DNA from: Candidatus Levybacteria bacterium RIFCSPHIGHO2_01_FULL_41_15
Lineage (GTDB): Bacteria; Patescibacteriota; Microgenomatia; Levybacterales; UBA12049
Length of the DNA stretch: 64,000 bases
Assembly (NCBI GenBank): GCA_001782165.1
Contig: MFNV01000006.1
Location: 444 to 64,443, forward strand
Direction: 5' to 3'
The notes beneath the pieces are model-generated. The model was given only the letters and a program-made list of their open reading frames with translations, made no database searches and had not been told where the DNA came from. Positions 61,532 through 64,000 of the stretch are shown piece after piece; position 1 is the first letter of the stretch; every line of letters starts with the position of its first letter. Made by a program: the position numbers and the translations under genes.

Positions 61532-61981
61532 ATGCGTGGACTTATCATTAAAACAGGTAGGTTTTACTTTAAAGATAGAGAGAAATCGACATGGCCAAAA
61601 GGAATTAAAGATTATCAGAGTTTTGAAAAAGAAGGTAAAGAATTTTCAAACGTGATAAATATTTGGGTCTGCGTAGAAAAAAACGACAGAGAAGATTATA
61701 TTATAAATTTAGTTAGAAGAATAAAAGAGTTAAATGATAATTTTTATAACTTGTCCCATGTAGTAGCTTTGCCCTTTGGACACCTGTCAAATAAACTCGC
61801 GAATCCAAAAAAAGCAAAAGAATTTTTTGACAAAATTGTAGAGCTGCTTCAAAAAGATTTCAAAGTTGATACTGTAACCTTCGGAACTCATAAAGACTTG
61901 ATACTTGAAATTCCCGGTCAGCCAGCTGAGGTAAGCTACTTTGAATTCCCCTATTCAGGTAAAAAACCAAAAGTTATATAG
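61532..61981 (+). CDS. Hypothetical protein
   Basis: 149-aa ORF, no confident motif. Confidence 0.35.
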   Translation: MRGLIIKTGRFYFKDREKSTWPKGIKDYQSFEKEGKEFSNVINIWVCVEKNDREDYIINLVRRIKELNDNFYNLSHVVALPFGHLSNKLANPKKAKEFFDKIVELLQKDFKVDTVTFGTHKDLILEIPGQPAEVSYFEFPYSGKKPKVI

Positions 61982-62003
61982 CTAATTCTGCTATAATCTT
62001 CAA

Positions 62004-62705
62004 ATGTCAAAGGCGAAGATGCTCGAAGAAGCAAGGCAGTGGGATGAGTATTGGACTAAGAAAAGGACAAAATCCCAGGCGATTTATCGGGCGGGTGCGG
62101 GTTTTTATAGAGAGTTTATTATAAAAAGAGCCCTTAATTATTTCATCCAAAAAGAATTTAAAGAGGGGTCAAAACTCCTCCATGCAGGTTCAGGAACAGG
62201 ACAAGTCGATATAGATATTCTTGATAAATATAAAATAACCGCTCTTGATATTTCAGGCGAAGCTCTCAAACTTTATAAATTAAACAACGGGGAAAAAGCA
62301 AACCTTTTAAAGGCAAGCATCTTTGACATCCCTACCAAAGGATCAATTTTTGACGGGATTTATAACCTCGGGGTTCATGAACATTTTACAGAAGAGGAGA
62401 ATGAAAAGATATTTAAAGAGTTTGCAAGAGTCCTAAAACCAAATGGCAAAATCGTCCTCTTCTGGCCTCCTAAATTCGGGATCTCGGTGATTTTTCTCAA
62501 CTCCCTGCACTTTGTTTTAAATGATATCTTAAAAAGAAATATAAGGCTTCATCCTGAGGAAATCTCTCTAATAAAATCGGAGAGCCAAGTCAGAGATATT
62601 CTTAAAAGAGGCGGATTTAAACTGACGAAATTTTATTTCGGACCCAAAGACTTTTTTACACATTGTATAGTGGTGGCAAAAAAACATAAATATGAAAAAA
62701 AATAA
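62004..62705 (+). CDS. Class I SAM-dependent methyltransferase
   Basis: Motif I LLHAGSGTGQVDIDIL; post I ITALDIS. Confidence 0.7.
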   Translation: MSKAKMLEEARQWDEYWTKKRTKSQAIYRAGAGFYREFIIKRALNYFIQKEFKEGSKLLHAGSGTGQVDIDILDKYKITALDISGEALKLYKLNNGEKANLLKASIFDIPTKGSIFDGIYNLGVHEHFTEEENEKIFKEFARVLKPNGKIVLFWPPKFGISVIFLNSLHFVLNDILKRNIRLHPEEISLIKSESQVRDILKRGGFKLTKFYFGPKDFFTHCIVVAKKHKYEKK

Positions 62706-63339
62706 CAGGGGATTTTATGCACTATTACTTCTGGTACTTGCTTTTTTCTTGATATTATTTTTAATCTCAAGAAATTATGTTCCTCTGTTCATAAAGGTTA
62801 TAGAGGAAAATCCTTTTGTTGGGCCTCTTTTTCTTATAGTTTGGAGAATAATTGGGATAATAGTTCCCGCCATACCGGCGGGTATTGTCTCCTTTGCAGT
62901 TGTTCCCATTTTCGGCTGGTTTAAAACATATATTTACACCTTAATAGGGATAATGATTGGGACTTCGATAAGTTTTTTTCTTGCAAGATATTTCAGGGAG
63001 CCACTTGTTGAAAGATTTGTGCCGATTAAAAAAATTCATAAACTTGAAGACAGACTAACTGAGCGACAAAAATTTTTAGGACTGGTAGCTATAAGACTGT
63101 TTACTGTTCCTGTTATGGATTTTTCAAGCTATGCCGCGGGCTTGACTCGAATTAGTTTCCCGAAATTTTTCCTTGCAACCTTTATAGCATCTATCCCTGA
63201 CATTGGCATTTTTTACTTTGGAGAAAAACTTTATCAAACTTTTTTCGGCAAGCAAATAATTATCGCAGTCGCCGTTCTTTTCTTTTTGGCATTGGGTTAT
63301 TTTATAGTTAAAAGATTTATACTTGATAAAGGAAGGTAA
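62692..63339 (+). CDS. DedA/TVP38 (VTT domain) family membrane protein
   Basis: Polytopic; PIFGWFKTYIYTLIGIMIGTSISFFLARYF. Confidence 0.65.
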   Translation: MKKNNRGFYALLLLVLAFFLILFLISRNYVPLFIKVIEENPFVGPLFLIVWRIIGIIVPAIPAGIVSFAVVPIFGWFKTYIYTLIGIMIGTSISFFLARYFREPLVERFVPIKKIHKLEDRLTERQKFLGLVAIRLFTVPVMDFSSYAAGLTRISFPKFFLATFIASIPDIGIFYFGEKLYQTFFGKQIIIAVAVLFFLALGYFIVKRFILDKGR

Positions 63340-63392
63340 TTCAATTTTCAAGCTCTTCTTCTTAGTCTAATGATCTAAATCATTAGACTTAA

Positions 63393-64000
63393 TTATCTTA
63401 ATATTTTTGAAGCAAGTTTTATTTTATCTGTAACAATGTCTGTAATTCCTGCGTTTTTGAAATATTTTATACCTTTTTCATTATTTATAACTCCTGCCAT
63501 TACGCGAAATCCTCTATCGTTATAAAATTTTTTTAATTTTTTGAGTCTATTTTGTGATATAAGAGTCTTGAAAATCTGCTGGCTCCCCTTCCACTCATCT
63601 ATCCATCCCAAGAAAACTCCATAACTTTTCTTGGGAGGTCTTATAAAAGATAAAATAGGAAGATTGAGAAACGGAATAACTCGAAGCTTTGGATATTTTT
63701 CCTGAAAAGAAAGTGCGGTTTTAATATAAATCGAGAAGCCGATCAAATGAACTAAGTCCCAAAGGTTTTCTTTCTTTATTTTTTCGGATACTTGTTTAAC
63801 AAGTTTTGGAGAGGAATCCTTAAGTTCAAGAAAAAAAGGCCTTTTTTTATATTTTATGTAATCAAAAAGATCAGACAGGGAAAGCTGATCTTTGTATTCT
63901 GAGTCAGAAATTTTATCATGCGACACAATTACCTTATCATTGATGATAAACCTTAAATCACACTCAATTCCACTGGCTCCGAGTCTAAAAGCTTCTTCAA
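63393..64000 (-). CDS. Glycerophosphodiester phosphodiesterase (GDPD) family, N-terminus beyond the window edge
   Basis: The frame continues upstream of the track M: EEAFRLGASGIECDLRFIINDKVIVSHD (GDPD signature); C-terminal GFRVMAGVINNEKGIKYFKNAGITDIVTD. Confidence 0.6.
   Translation of the reverse strand, partial: EEAFRLGASGIECDLRFIINDKVIVSHDKISDSEYKDQLSLSDLFDYIKYKKRPFFLELKDSSPKLVKQVSEKIKKENLWDLVHLIGFSIYIKTALSFQEKYPKLRVIPFLNLPILSFIRPPKKSYGVFLGWIDEWKGSQQIFKTLISQNRLKKLKKFYNDRGFRVMAGVINNEKGIKYFKNAGITDIVTDKIKLASKILR

Overview
A low-GC (~37-40 %) window with gene content typical of a small-genome Patescibacteria/CPR-like bacterium (inferred from sortase, split ComEC, giant membrane-anchored fusion proteins, many small hypothetical proteins). 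Recognisable core genes, with cluster order: F1Fo ATP synthase operon atpF-H-A-G-D-C (no atpB/atpE visible); a galT-like HIT gene; a cell-envelope glycan cluster (3x GT4, GT26) next to mreB; a sortase; a DsbA/VKOR pair; ndk; an M16 peptidase; argS; a two-component pair; comEA plus a split comEC; leuS; rho; a VirD4/TraD-like ATPase; a YfhO-like GT-C plus GT2 pair; yacL-radA-S1 protein; and a partial GDPD gene at the right edge. RNA genes: tRNA-Pro(CGG), tRNA-Ala(CGC) and tRNA-Ala(GGC) flanking a GIY-YIG pseudogene, and an unusual locus where a complete tRNA-Arg(CCT) lies inside the anticodon-loop interruption of a second tRNA-Arg(CCT)-like gene. Most notable non-standard content: (1) a ~2.8 kb GC-rich (~58 %) island at 49.7-52.4 kb with its own consensus promoter, a palindromic operator/hairpin, strong Shine-Dalgarno sites, and a translationally coupled chain of tiny membrane or basic peptides ending in a 337-aa anchored Cys-containing protein; (2) several short repeat families (RPE-like palindromic elements, GAATTCT/AAATTY microsatellites, ACTTAAGTC repeats) found both intergenically and in-frame inside essential genes (argS, leuS, radA, S1); (3) two giant proteins that fuse DNA-binding domains (MerR/excisionase-type HTH; three integrase SAM-like domains) to a TM helix and a huge extracellular fibre-like domain; (4) a Fic protein with a degenerate catalytic motif and a secreted protein carrying a c-subunit-like C-terminal hairpin directly upstream of atpF. 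No CRISPR array or rRNA gene was seen. ORF-track starts are sometimes GTG or TTG; a few starts were adjusted where the sequence supports it.
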